The notes under the pieces: generated by a model
Seen by the model: the letters and a program-made list of their open reading frames with translations, nothing else
Told to the model about the DNA's origin: nothing
Database searches by the model: none
Made by a program: the position numbers and the translations under genes
NCBI GenBank assembly: GCA_951406725.2
Contig: OX597817.1
Coordinates: 59,768,001-59,832,000, forward strand
DNA from: Octopus vulgaris
Lineage: Eukaryota
Direction: 5' to 3'
DNA length: 64,000 bases
Part shown: positions 1 to 12,080 of the stretch, piece by piece
Layout: each line of letters opens with the position of its first letter
How positions within the stretch are numbered: the stretch's first letter is position 1

Positions 1-1010
1 CTGACTTCTTGTGCAAGCACGGAAAAGAGGACATTCAAAGCAACCTTTTATTTGATTCCAACCATGCTGGGACACTGCCTTGAATGAAAATATTTTTCAT
101 TGTCTGCTAGGATTGGAATCCAGATCTACTGTAAATCCTGCAGCTGTGGTCACCATTTAGTCAAACGGCTATTTTTTTCATGGATGATGTTTCTTGTATG
201 GTTCCGGAATGTCAGCCACAGCGTTTTTCTTCATGTTGTTCAATTTTCGAAGTTTGGATCCTGTGTATTCTGTTCTCTTCTCTAAAGACCCAGCTGGGCT
301 GGTGGCTTGTGTCGGTTGGCCTCATGGTTACAGTGGAGATAGGGACTGACTGGGACACTGCACCAGGGGTTGCTCAGGACAACCCAAGCAGATACCCAAG
401 AAATGGTGAATGTAGCAATGCACTGCAATGGCACATGCTTGATGCTTTCATCAAAATCCAATTTTATTTTCATGGTTTTAGTCAAACGACAACAGGATGT
501 GCTTTCCTTGCATACATCATGGCTATTAATGATGTATACGAGTGTTTTATATCTTGCTTAGCTGAATATACTTGCTGTATACAATAGGATATATACACAA
601 GTGTATATAGAAACTCAGTCAAGCCTGAACTGGCTTTACAGCTTGCTCCACCAAATCGTAAACAAATTTGCAATATCTTTCCATGCATAAAATTTTGAAC
701 GAATGAAAAAAGAGAAGAATGAAATGCCATGGAAGAAGTTTGCATATTTCTTTGTTGTTGACATTCGTTTATGTTTTCGGTAAAGAATGGGCTGCATTGT
801 AGGTGCGCGCCTGTAAAGGTGTGGCTTGGACTATGTCACTGTGAAGTTACTAAAATAGTTTAGTTATATATTATGTAACTGTGAACTTAGCCACCAGACT
901 GAATAAGAATCTGTTAAAATATCTTGGATGAATGCTACAGTTAGTTTGCCTTTTCCTATTTACATTAAGTATGATATATGGATGACTATTTTAATCTAAT
1001 ATTGCTTTTG

Positions 1011-1051
<41 letters not shown>

Positions 1052-1070
1052 CTTGCTTTTCTAATTGCAG

Positions 1071-1174
1071 GAAAGGAGTTCCATTACAAATGGTCAATGA
1101 TAACATTCCCTAAAGGTGCTGAGAAACAAGGGTCAATGACTGGACCAGACAGTCAGACATTTATTCTCAAAGAT
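1071..1174 (+). CDS. KIAA0319L: KIAA0319-like (AAVR-like) internal coding exon, PKD1 part (KEFHYKWSMITFPKGAEKQGSMTGPDSQTFILKD)
   Basis: ttgcag acceptor and gtaagt donor, phase 1 to 0. The translation resembles my recalled human KIAA0319L PKD1 (TYDWQLITHP..GEMEGKHSQILKLSK) and joins the next exon in frame. Confidence 0.85.
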
Positions 1175-3233
1175 GTAAGTGGATTGCCAATTTACTCTCC
1201 CTCTCTTTGTCTTTCTCTCCCTTTCTTTCTCTCTCTCTTTCTCTCCCTCTCTCATTGTATGAATTAATTGACTGACAAGGGACTAAGAATTATGTAACCA
1301 ACATCATTAACATCGCAGTTTGTTTCTGCAGTGTACTCAGATTTTAAAAGCTCTGAAGAAGCTATCGGATGTTGCCCAAGCTCTCAGCTCTGAGAGCATT
1401 GCTTCTTTTAGCAGAAACATCTGTAAGCCAATGAAGCTGATTATGTATTTTCAGTTCTTGTCATTCAATCAATTTATATTATGCTCTCTACTTTACTCTA
1501 AAGCATATCTTTATTGAGTCCTAACATCAGGTTGTCTCACTATGTCTATGCAAAATCATCACAAATATGCACACAAGAATTGGTAATTCTGAAACATGGT
1601 ATTGATTTTTTTTTTAATATTCCATGTTGAGGATCTTTCAGCCCCACCCGACTTATTATTCTCTACATACACGGAAGATATTAATGTGACTGATTTTGCA
1701 TCTCAAACATCTGAAATCAGTGTCTGCGAGAAAATCCTGGTCGGAGACAATATGCAAAAAGATTGGGTTCCATTTGCTCTCAATATTTCTCATTTCTTTT
1801 GGTTAGTGTTTTTTAGGAGCAGAGGCACGGCTGTGTGCTTAAGAAATTTACTCTTCAACCACATAGATTTTGGTTCAGTGCCACTGTGTGGCACCTTGGG
1901 CAAGTGCCATCTTCTATAGCTCCAGGCTGACCAAAGCCTTGTGAGTGGATTTGGCAGACAGAAATGAAAATAAATCTGTCCTATATATCTTCCTCATCAT
2001 CTTCTTCCATTTTAACATCCATTTTCTGTGCTGCTATGCATTGGATGGCTTGACAGGACCCAACAAGCCACAGGGCTGCACCATGTCCCTTTGTCTGCAC
2101 TGGCATCATCTCTATAGCTGGATGACCTTCCTAATGCTAGCAGTTGGACTGGTGGGGGAAGCTTGTTTTCATGCCACCAGCACTAGTGAGATTGCCGACT
2201 AACTGGGAAGACAGGAAAACACCCCGCCTAAACAGCGTGTGCCTGGGGGAGTTGGTTTTACACTAGGTGTTGGTGGTGGTTAAAGTTTGGAAGGAGGGAC
2301 AAGTCCAGATGTGTTACTATGGTGAATATAAATATTTGCCCCACATTATATAAGAGTGGATGGGACTAGCTAGGAAGTAAGAAGAGATGGTTGTTATGGT
2401 GAGCCAGTGCAAACCCTCTAGGAGCCAGAAAAGATATGGATGAGGAGGAGAAAGAAGGGGGAGAGTGACAACAGATGGTTAGAGATAGGGGTTAGAAGTG
2501 AAGGCGGTGACAAACGAGTGGGAGTGCAGCTTGGTGGGAAGTAGCAGTATTGAGGGAAGGGGTAAGGGGAGAGATAAAAAGGCTGAAGGATAACAGATCA
2601 GGAAGTAGGGGACAATGATCAAGGAGTGGAAGGGAGGGAGACATGATGGTGGTATGTAAGTGTGGCCATGGTTAGTGGACATGGTAGCTGATGGAGGAGG
2701 GCATTGGGAATGAAAGCAGATATGAGATGGAGAGTCACTGGAGGGAGAGATAGGAGGGAATTGGTGAACATGGGAAAGGATGAGGATGGAAATGCAGGCT
2801 GGAGGCAGTGACTGGTAACGCAAAGAGTTAGGGGATGTGATGGTATGTGTGCCAAGGGGGGGAGGATGGGGAAAGAGTGATGTGGGGAATATTTGATGGA
2901 GCAGAATGAGCATAGGAACAGGGCCTAGCATGCACCCATAGACAATGCTTTTAGGACATGCGTGCGTGTGTGTGTGTTTGTATCTCCTTGTGACTTTCTG
3001 TAATAACTGTAAATTCATTCATTTCCAATATTCTGTGGAATCATCTGTGGCCAGGGAGAAATGTTACTTTGCTTGGAAGCAAGGGAGGGTTGGCCATAGA
3101 AAATCCGCCTCACTAGTTTCTTCTTCTTCACTTTTTAACCTTGAAGAAAAGAAATATGTGCATTTTTTTGTCTTTTTTTTGTGTGTAGTGTATTATGATT
3201 GTTTAATTACTAACTTATTATTTTAATATTTAG

Positions 3234-3321
3234 CTTGTTGCTGGTCTTTACACCTTGAAACTTGAAGTCACTGGAAACAACCGAGCTGGTGAAGCCTATG
3301 TCAATGTAACTGTTATCCCAC
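3234..3321 (+). CDS. KIAA0319L: KIAA0319-like exon, end of PKD1 (LVAGLYTLKLEVTGNNRAGEAYVNVTVIP)
   Basis: tttag acceptor, gtaagt donor, phase 0 to 1. Matches the PKD1 motif GLYEFKV..GEGYVNVTV. Confidence 0.9.
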
Positions 3322-4033
3322 GTAAGTAATGAAAATAACCACCTGCATTGTGTTGTGTTGCTCTCATTAGACGGAATGGTCAGAAATGGTTAAGAAGCTT
3401 TCTTGACAATCGCAAGGTCCTACTTCTTGGCATTTTGAGCAAATGTCTTTTACTGTAGCTTCACATCAAGACAAGCCTTCTGAGTGAAATTGGGTTGATT
3501 GAAACTGTAGGGAAGCCCATCAAACAAATCATATTTGTAATTCAATCCTTTAGTATTCAGGGGCATTTTGTCTGTTTTTACATTCTGAGTTCAAATCCCA
3601 CCAATGTCGACTTTGTCTTTCATCCTTCCAGGGTTGATGGAATCAACTAGACTCTCCTCCACTAAAATTTCAGGCTTTATCCCTTATCACAGAAAAGACT
3701 TTAATTATTATCAAGGCTATTAATTGCTATATTAATTAGCAGGGATTTTATCTTGAGGTTTGGTGACAACAATTCTCCTCAAATCTCAAGAATCTTTCTT
3801 AGGATTCTCAAAGAATATGGAATGGTACTTTTCTGCAGGTTGACATTGTGAGTCTCAGTTCCAATAGTTTTCAGTCTTTTTGGTAACATTTTCAGTGTTG
3901 TGCCAAGAGCATTCTTTACCACAGGAAGGAACTTTTGAAATTTTTGTCTTCCACAATTTCTTCTTCTCTTTGATTAGTCCCAGATATTTCTCAATTTTCT
4001 CTAAATATTATCATTATTATTATTATTATTTAG

Positions 4034-4123
4034 CAAAGAGGATTAATAAACCCCCAGTCGCTATAATTAAACCAACATCTCTCCAGATCAAGTTACCTAC
4101 ATCTGCTATCCTTGACGGCTCAG
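4034..4123 (+). CDS. KIAA0319L: KIAA0319-like exon, first half of PKD2 (KRINKPPVAIIKPTSLQIKLPTSAILDGS); donor site missing
   Basis: tttag acceptor, phase 1, NxPPxA..LP...LDGS PKD motif. No GT follows ...GGC TCA G, and the sequence runs straight into a retroelement 3' tail. Confidence 0.8.
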
Positions 4124-4607
4124 CAAGGAAAGCAGACATTAAATAATGATGATGATGATCATTATCATTTAATGTTCATTTTCCGTGCTAGCTTTGGTTG
4201 AATGGTTTGATGATCCAGCATGCAATAGGGCCGTGTGTCAAGTTCCAGTGTCAGCTTTGGCATGGTTTTTGTGCTGATTGGTTGCCCTTTTTAATGCCGA
4301 CCAATTCCGAGCGGATACTCAGTGCATTTTGGAGAGGACAATAAGTAGAGAAAGGAAAAAGAGACTCCCTTGACTAAGTGTGGGGGAGAAGTATTTGAGA
4401 GGTGGGGGGGGTCGTTTTATGGACAGTGTTGAAAGGCTATGTAAAGATGCTACATGGCTTGAACCCTGCATTATATAAGGGTTGTGGGTAGTAGGTAGGA
4501 AGATAGTATAGTAGTGAAAGGGTGTCCAGAGCAGACCCTCAGGGAGCAAGGAGGTGTGCATAAGAGAGGATGTAGTGGATCAAGGGGAACAGTTATAGAT
4601 TATCTAT

Positions 4608-4970
4608 TACTCTTTTACTTGTTTCAGTAATTTGACTGTGGCCATACTGGAGCACCGCCTTTAGTCGAGGAAATCGACCCCAGGACTTATTCTTTGTAAA
4701 CCTAGTACTTATTCTATCGTCTCTTTTGCTGAACCTCTAAGTTACGGGGACCTAAACACACCAGCATTAGTTGTCAAGCGATGTTGGGGGGACAAACACA
4801 GACACACACACACATACACACATGCATATACGACGAGCTTCTTTCAGTTTCCGTCTACCAAATGCACTCACAAGGCTTTGGTTGGCCCGAGGCTATTGTA
4901 GAAGACACTTGCCCAAGGTGCCATGTGGTTGGTAAGCAAGCTACTCACCACACAGCCACTCCTGCGCCTA
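4608..4970 (-). mobile_element. tRNA-headed SINE, family A (CORE-like accttgggcaagt segment)
   Basis: Reverse complement of the copies at 20604 and 58108. Many further decayed copies occur across the window. Confidence 0.8.
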
Positions 4971-5151
4971 TTCTAAGTAATTAGTTTCTTTTTGAGAAAA
5001 TTTTTTTGTTCCTGGCTTCAGTGATTTACAACCCTTCAACGTTAATCTCTCATTTCATTGCACAATGGACTCCCACTCTCCCCATTTCATTCTCTGCCTT
5101 TTTTTTTTATCAACCAATGTTATTTGTGTTTGTTGTTTCCTTGCTCTTTAG

Positions 5152-5312
5152 AAACTGATTACCGTCCAACAGCCAACGCAGGATCTGACGTTGTCATCAA
5201 CCTGCCAGAGAATTCGGTCACTCTCTATGGAAATGCCAGTACTGATGATAAAGGTATTGTCAGTTATGAGTGGACAAAATCATCAGATGACCACTTAGTG
5301 GCTGACATGATG
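5152..5312 (+). CDS. KIAA0319L: KIAA0319-like exon, first half of PKD3 (TDYRPTANAGSDVVINLPENSVTLYGNASTDDKGIVSYEWTKSSDDHLVADMM)
   Basis: Polypyrimidine tract plus ttag acceptor, phase 1 to 0. Strong PKD3 similarity (DYPPVANAG..ITLPQNSITLFGNQSTDDHGITSYEW). Ends at a GC donor (ATG|gcaaga). Confidence 0.9.
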
Positions 5313-6169
5313 GCAAGACACAGTTTTTTTTAGCTTATTTTTTTCTCACTGGATTGACAATGTTGTGTGTGTGATTGTGATGGTCACTTTGCAATCATGT
5401 GGTTTTAGGTTCAGTGGCTTTGTGCAGCTCTTTGGACAAATGTGAATTTGGCTGAAGGAAACTGGGCAGAAGCCCATCTCACACACACACATGCATACAT
5501 GTGTGTGCGTGTCTGTTTCTCACTGCTTAACAACCTGTGCTGGTTTGTTTCCATTCCCACATTTTGGTTGAAGGAAACTGGGCAGAAGCCCATCTCACAC
5601 ACATGCATACGTGTATGTGTGTTTTCTCACTGCTTAACAACCTGTATTGGTTTGTTTACATTCCTACAATTTAGCAGTTCAGCGAAATAAATGTTGGTGG
5701 GGATAAGTACTGGAGCCAATTTGATTAAATTCTTCAATGTGGTGCCCCAGCATAGCCACAATCCAATGACTGAAGCAGAAGATAAAAGATAAAATCCAAA
5801 ACATTCTCCAGAACTTTCTAACATCTCTGCCTGAAACCTTATATTCTTTGTGTGTGGCAACAGCTGAAGAACAAGGCATTCTTCAGTTGGTAGTCTGTCT
5901 AAGTAGCCTGGTCTTGTAATGCCATTGGCAGAATGTGGGGAGAGAGAGAACTGAGAAGCATGCAGCAGCCTTGGAAGTAATTGTTGCGTCTTTGAACTAA
6001 TTGAAGACTTGTGTGTAGAAAAGGCTGTTGCTTATTAGGCGTTAGGTAAGGGCATCCAGCCATGGAAACCATGCGAAATCAGACTGGAACCTGGTATAAC
6101 TCTACGACTTACCAGTTCCAGTAAGACCATCTAACCTTTGCCAGCATAGAAAACAGATGCTAAATAATG

Positions 6170-6525
6170 CTAGCATCGCCTTACCGGCACATGTGCCGGT
6201 GACACATTAAAAACAACATTCGAGCATGGTCATTACCAGTGCCACTGGACTAGCTCCCATGTAGGTAGCATGTAAAAAAAAAAAAAAAAAAACACCTTTC
6301 CAGCATGGTCATTGCTCGTACTGCCTGACTGGCCCTCGAGCCAGTGACACGTAAAAGCACCCACTACACTCTCTGAGTGGTTGTCATTAGGAAGGGCATC
6401 CAGCTGTAGAAACCTTGCCAGATCAGATTGGAGCCTGGTGCAGCCTCCTGGCTCACCAGTCCTCAATCAAACCATCCAACCCATGCCAGCATGGAAAGTA
6501 GACGTTAAACGATGATGATGATGAT
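6170..6525 (+). mobile_element. RTE-tail repeat with internal ~60-nt tandem units
   Basis: gacacgtaaaagcacc units, then cactacactct..gagtggtt..taggaagggcatccagc and a (GAT)n tail. Confidence 0.8.
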
Positions 6526-6630
6526 ATTTTTAAATGTAGAGATACTGAAAGACAGACAAAATTTTGGTATCCAAAAGCTATCATTCTTCCACTTTTGTAT
6601 GGTCTTAATATGAAAATATATTTCTTTTAG

Positions 6631-6754
6631 GGGGTTCGCTCTCCAGTCCTGAAAATCTCAAACCTTGAGGTGGGAAATTACAAGTTTACTTTGAAAGTCA
6701 CGGATACAGGTGGACAGAATGCCACAGCAGACGTACATGTTTTTGTGAAACCAG
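6631..6754 (+). CDS. KIAA0319L: KIAA0319-like exon, second half of PKD3 (GVRSPVLKISNLEVGNYKFTLKVTDTGGQNATADVHVFVKP)
   Basis: ttttag acceptor, CAG|gtttgt donor, phase 0 to 1. PKD motif GxYxFxLxVTD. Confidence 0.92.
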
Positions 6755-7142
6755 GTTTGTTGAAAAAAAACTTAACACCATATTCCTTGTCTGTTTTTTA
6801 TAATGTCCATGGTTGAATATTTCAGTTTTATTTTCATATTTTTATCGATGGGAAATTTATATCTCTGCTGTACAATCTTATCCAAAATGTTTACAGTTGT
6901 GTTAGGAGCATGTAGTCCTTGCACTGACCAAAGCCTTGAGACTTGATTTAGTAGATGGAAGCCTGTCAAGTGTTGTAGTTGTTGTTGTTGCTTTGCCTTG
7001 TTGTTGTGTGATAGCTATGAATGAATGTTAACATGGAAGTGGTCCCCTTCAGTTCCAGTGTTGTGGGAAAACATGCCCAGCCATGGGGAAATGTTACCTT
7101 GTTTGGAAACAGGCAAGAGTTAGCAGAAGGAAGGGCAGTCAA

Positions 7143-7618
7143 CCATAGAAAGCTTGCCAACAAATTCTGTGTGACCCATGCGAGCGTGGGAAAGTGGACG
7201 TTAAAACAATGATATTGATAATGATGAAAACACATCAAACTAATAAGGGAGCATCTGCAGTTTGCTTGACCTGCGAGAAATAGTTGTGTGCATCCCAACT
7301 ACATCGTCCAGTGTGAACATTTTTCTAAAAAAACCAATAAGGTATGATTAGAGGGAGATCATCATCACCTTCCGAAAATGGACATTAAAAGAGGATGATG
7401 ATGATGGTGATGCTGTTGTTGATCTCCTTCAAATCATACCTTATTGTTTTTTGTTGTTTTTTTTTAAATATTCACATTGGATGATGTCGTTGGGATGCAG
7501 TGTCTGGAAAGAATACAAGTTGTTTGTGTCTTGAAGAGTTTTAATAAGAAATCAGCTGAATCTCGTCTGACATGGGATTAAGGAACAATGTTGTGTTTTG
7601 GATAGATCGGAAGAACAG
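7143..7618 (+). repeat. Intronic block of about 475 bp, duplicated at 11608-12080
   Basis: Near-identical from ccatagaaag..tgccaacaaattctgtgtgacc to ttggatagatcggaagaaca. Confidence 0.92.
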
Positions 7619-7829
7619 GAGTTGTTTGTTGTATTAATGAGGGGGCCGCCTGAGGTCAGTATTAAATGGGAGCTAGAGAGGAGAAGGGAAAGACAGAGAT
7701 GACAAAAGAATAGGGATAATGTTAAAAACCCAATTGATTTACCCATATTCAAACAACATTATTTGTTTCATAGGGAAATTAATGCTCAACAGTAAGGTTT
7801 ACTCTATAGTGGGTGTGTGTGTGTATATA

Positions 7830-8070
7830 TATTACCTTCGAAACGCAGAGTAGCCAAAACAGGGACAACTGAAGAAGGGGAATATTCCTTGTGTTGCATG
7901 TCTTGTACTCTGTTTTTTCATTGTATGAAAAAAAGTTCGTTTCCATGTTTTTGTTTTTATGTTTTCGTTTCTCATTGTATTCAACGTTTTTTTGATGTCC
8001 TGTACCCATATATGCATGTATATATACATATAGATGTAGGTATGTACATATATGTATATATTTATATATT
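7830..8070 (+). mobile_element. Penelope-like pseudo-LTR fragment, homologous to 59056-59280
   Basis: Shared caactgaagaaggggaatattccttgtgttg...tgtcctgtacccatatatgcatg, with hammerhead-like half motifs ctgaaga and cgaaac. Confidence 0.5.
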
Positions 8071-8131
8071 ATTTATATTATTCTATGATCGAACACCATG
8101 CATCCTTTTCCAAGTAAGTTTTATCTTAATT

Positions 8132-8197
<66 letters not shown>

Positions 8198-8236
8198 CAC
8201 ACAGACACAAATCTATACAGATCTTCTCATTTGCAG

Positions 8237-8369
8237 AGGTGAACCAGCCGCCAGTTGCTGTTACTGCTGGAGAAATAACTGTTGTATTACCAGTTGCCAG
8301 CCTCGTCCTCGATGGTCAGAACAGCACGGATGATAAAAACATTGAAACCTACTCATGGAGACAAACAAG
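8237..8369 (+). CDS. KIAA0319L: KIAA0319-like exon, first half of PKD4 (EVNQPPVAVTAGEITVVLPVASLVLDGQNSTDDKNIETYSWRQT)
   Basis: ttgcag acceptor, AG|gtagga donor, phase 1 to 2. LDGxxSxDD..Y.W motif. Confidence 0.92.
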
Positions 8370-8701
8370 GTAGGACGAATGTTTGTTACTTTCAAAATTG
8401 TTTTTCTGAGCTGGCGGAAGCGATAGGACATGAGACAAAATGTTTAGTGGTATTTCTTGTGACTCGTTATGTTCTGAGTTCAAATTCCAACAAGATCATC
8501 TTTAACTTTTAGTCCTTTTGGGCATTGATGAAATAAAGTACCAGAGATGTCGTTAGTTGACAAATGGGAATAATCTTATTGTGAATACTGTCCCTACTCG
8601 TTTTCTATCTCATTCTCCATCTTTTTCTTTTCTTAAATCTACACACTATCAAAAAAAAAAGATGAAGACAGAAAGTTGAAATGGAGTGATAGTGGCAGAA
8701 A

Positions 8702-8732
<31 letters not shown>

Positions 8733-9247
8733 TGAGTGGTACAGGCATGGTTGTGTGATTAAGGTGCTTGCCTCCCAGTCATGTGATCTTAGGTTCTGTC
8801 CTGCTGCACAGCACCTTCAGAAGGCGTCTTCTCTAGCCCCGGGCTAACTAAAGCTTTGTGAGTGGGTTAGACAGAAACTGTAAGAAGCCCAACGTGTGTG
8901 TGTATGTACCTTTATCTTGACATCACATGACAGATGTAAATGACCTTCACTGTTATACAAGCAAAGTTATTCATTTCTAGTTTTCTTTAGGAAACGTGTG
9001 TGGTCAAGGGGAAATATTACTTTGCTTAGTAAAAGGTGGGGGTTGGGGATGGTGCTCTTCCTGTCACCAACCCTATGACAGGAAGAGAATCCGGGTGTAG
9101 AAAATCTGTCTCAACAAATTCCATCTAACTCATACAAACATGGTGGTTATTAAATGATGATGTGTTTGCAATATTAAATGATGTTCTGCTAATTACTGAG
9201 GTTCCGTGTTTTGTCTATCCTCAATCCCCATGCTGTCTTTCTCGCAG

Positions 9248-9396
9248 TGGACCCCAGTTGACATTGTCCAATTCAGACAGGAACATTGCCACAGCAACTG
9301 GTGACATCAAAGTGGCAGTGTACATGTTTAAACTCACAGTCTACGACATACAGAAGCAGTCCAGCTCAGCAAATTTGAAGATCACCGTCACCCAGA
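9248..9396 (+). CDS. KIAA0319L: KIAA0319-like exon, second half of PKD4 (SGPQLTLSNSDRNIATATGDIKVAVYMFKLTVYDIQKQSSSANLKITVTQ)
   Basis: cgcag acceptor, gtaagt donor, phase 2 to 1, consistent with both neighbouring exons. Confidence 0.9.
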
Positions 9397-10368
9397 GTAA
9401 GTGCTTTGGCTATCTTATTGTCTCTCATAATATTCATTGTGGCTGCTGGCATGGCTGTGGGGTTTTAAGAGGTTTACCCATAAATGGTTTCGGGTTCATT
9501 GTTACTGCTTGTCTTCTAATTTAGCCCTGGGGTAAATGCTTTGTGAGTGGATTTGGTAGATGGAAACTGAAAGAATCCTGATGTGTATGTGTGTGTGTCT
9601 TGTTTTGACATTGAGTGACAGTTGTAAATGAGTGTCCCTGTCATACAAGCTGTGCCATTCTTTCCAGTCTGGCTGTGGAGAAATATTACCTTATCTGGAA
9701 AGAGGTGAGGGTTGGCCACAGGAAGAGCACCCGGCTGTAGGAAATCTGCTTCATTCAAACTCATTCCAACCATGCAAATGGATGTTAAAAAAGAAGGATG
9801 ATGATTTGTCTGGTGTCCCTGGATAAATTCCTTGTTGCTTAGAGGCTCTGCTCAATGCCAAGCATTGGTGAACAGTTCCAATAATGTTGTTGCAAAATCA
9901 TCCTTTTTCCCAGATTCTTACGATTTTGTCTTTGAGCTGATTGGTTGCTTGGATTTTCTTTTTCTTCAAGAACCACATGGTTTCAGGTTCAGTCCCATTG
10001 TGTGCCACCTTGGAAAAATATCTTCTACTATGGCCTGGGGCTGCCAAATCCCATGTGAGTGAATTGGATAGACAGAAACTGTGTGAAGCCTGTCATATGT
10101 GCATTTGTGTTTGTCCCCACCACCACCACCACCACCACCACCACTCACTAACCAGTATTGGTTTGTTTATATTCTTGTCATTTCGTGGTTCTGTGACATA
10201 AATACTAGACTATAAAGAATAAGCAGAGTGGAGTTGGTTTGTTTTTAACCAAACTCTTGAAGGTGGTGCCCCAGCATGGTCGTGATTCAGTGACTGAAAC
10301 AAGTGAAAAGAGAAAAGACAAAGAAAATAATGTCTATATGTTTTGTAATTTCTAAATTTATCTTTCAG

Positions 10369-10520
10369 AGGAAAACAAGGCCCCCATGGCGGACGCTGGA
10401 GGGGACAAAGTGATTCAACTCCCAAAATTAATAGTTTTGCTGGATGGATCCCGTTCACATGATGACCAGAAAATTGTTCGCTATCAGTGGACCCGAGATC
10501 CAAGCAGTCTGGCTGCAGGG
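10369..10520 (+). CDS. KIAA0319L: KIAA0319-like exon, first half of PKD5 (KENKAPMADAGGDKVIQLPKLIVLLDGSRSHDDQKIVRYQWTRDPSSLAAG)
   Basis: tttcag acceptor, gtaggt donor, phase 1 to 0. WTRDxxSxAAG motif as recalled for KIAA0319-family PKD5. Confidence 0.93.
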
Positions 10521-10811
10521 GTAGGTCACCCCAGTTTGAATATTGAATTTCTTCTAAAGTTATTGGGTTCTTGTCTGGAAACAGGTGAAGGTTACTAAAA
10601 AGAACAACAACATCCAGCAGCAGATAATTCTTCTCTGTGGATTTGTCTGACTCTGTAAACTCAGAAAAGTGAACACACACACATACACACACACACTCAT
10701 TGTTTAGGATAGAAAATGAACTTGTGCACTAATGTAATGTAATGTGATAAAACTGGTTCCCTTGCCTGACTTTTTGTGATTCAGTGGCCTCCAAGTTAAC
10801 AGTTCCGTTGG

Positions 10812-11300
10812 GATCATCATCATCATCGTCTGCTTTCCATGCTGGCATGGGTTGGATGGTTTGACTGAAGACTGGCAAACCAGATGGCTGCACCAGGCTC
10901 CAGTCTTGATCTGGCAGAGTCTTTAAAGCTAGATGCCCTTCCTAATGCCAACCACTCTGAGAGTGTAGTGGGTGCTTTTACGTGCCACCAGCACGAGGGC
11001 CACTCAGGCAGTACTGACAACGACCACACTCAAAAGGTGTTTTTTTATGTGGTACTTTCATGGGAGCCAGTCCAGCAGAACTGGCAATGACCATGCTCAA
11101 ACATTTTTCACTTGCCACCGGCACATGTGCCAGTAAGGTGATACTGGCAATGATCACACTCGAATGGTGCTTTTTACGTATCACCGGCACAAGAGTCAGT
11201 CAGCAGCCCTGGCAACAATCATGCTCAGATGGTGCTTTTAACGTTCAACTGGCACAAGTGCCAATCTGGTGCTATTGTCATCGGCCATGTCAGCAATTTT
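10812..11300 (-). mobile_element. RTE-tail repeat with internal tandem units
   Basis: Reverse complement of the same family. Confidence 0.8.
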
Positions 11301-11607
11301 GATGTTTATGCCTTTCCCAAGAATGTTCTCCCACTCTATCATCTCCCCCCGCTATTCCCTGCTGCATATAATGTGGGATAGCCATTATATCTCCTCCACA
11401 AAAAGACACCTCTCAACACCTGGCATAAAGCCACTGCCTCCACCCCCTCCCCTTTCAAATATTACCCCCTATTTAGTAGGTCTGAGGGGGTGCATTTTCC
11501 TTTTCTTTTCTTTTTCTTTGTTGTTTTCTTGTCTTGGCAAGTTAGTTGGTAGCACGCAGTAAGCACTCTGTACATACCGTAATGTGGTTGGCATTAGGAA
11601 AGAAGGC

Positions 11608-12080
11608 CATAGAAAGTCTGCCAACAAATTCTGTGTGACCCATGCGAGTGTGGGAAAGTGGGCGTTGAAACAATGATGTTGATAATGATGAAAACACATC
11701 AAACTAATAAGGGAGCATCTGCAGTTTGCTTGACCTGCGAGAAATAGTTGTGTGCATCCCAACTACATCGTCCAGTGTGAACATTTTTCTAAAAAAAACC
11801 CAATAAGGTATGATTAGAGGGAGATCATCATCATCATCCGAAAATGGACATTAAAAGAGGATGATGGTGGTGGTGGTGTTGTTGATCTCCTTCAAATCAT
11901 ACCTTATTGTTTTTTTGTTGTTTTTTTTAAATATTCACATTGGATGATGTCGTTGGGATGCAGTGTCTGGAAAGAATACAAGTTGTTTGTGTCTTGAAGA
12001 GTTTTAATAAGAAATCGGCTGAATCTCGTCTGACATGGGATTAAGAAACAATGTTGTGTTTTGGATAGATCGGAAGAACA
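11608..12080 (+). repeat. Second copy of the 7143-7618 block, inserted within a retroelement
   Basis: The flanks ggcattaggaa and catccagctgtagaaa are normally near-contiguous in the repeat consensus seen elsewhere in the window. Confidence 0.88.

Noticed and set aside
2479-3018. 179-aa Pro/Ser/His-rich minus-strand ORF
   Set aside because: It is the antisense reading of a purine-rich low-complexity intronic tract with no domain features. Similar tracts occur at about 36.4 and 48.6 kb.
4120-4130. GC donor TCA|gcaagg for the PKD2 exon
   Set aside because: It would be phase 0 while the next exon needs phase 1, and the downstream bases match a retroelement tail, so a deletion junction explains it better.
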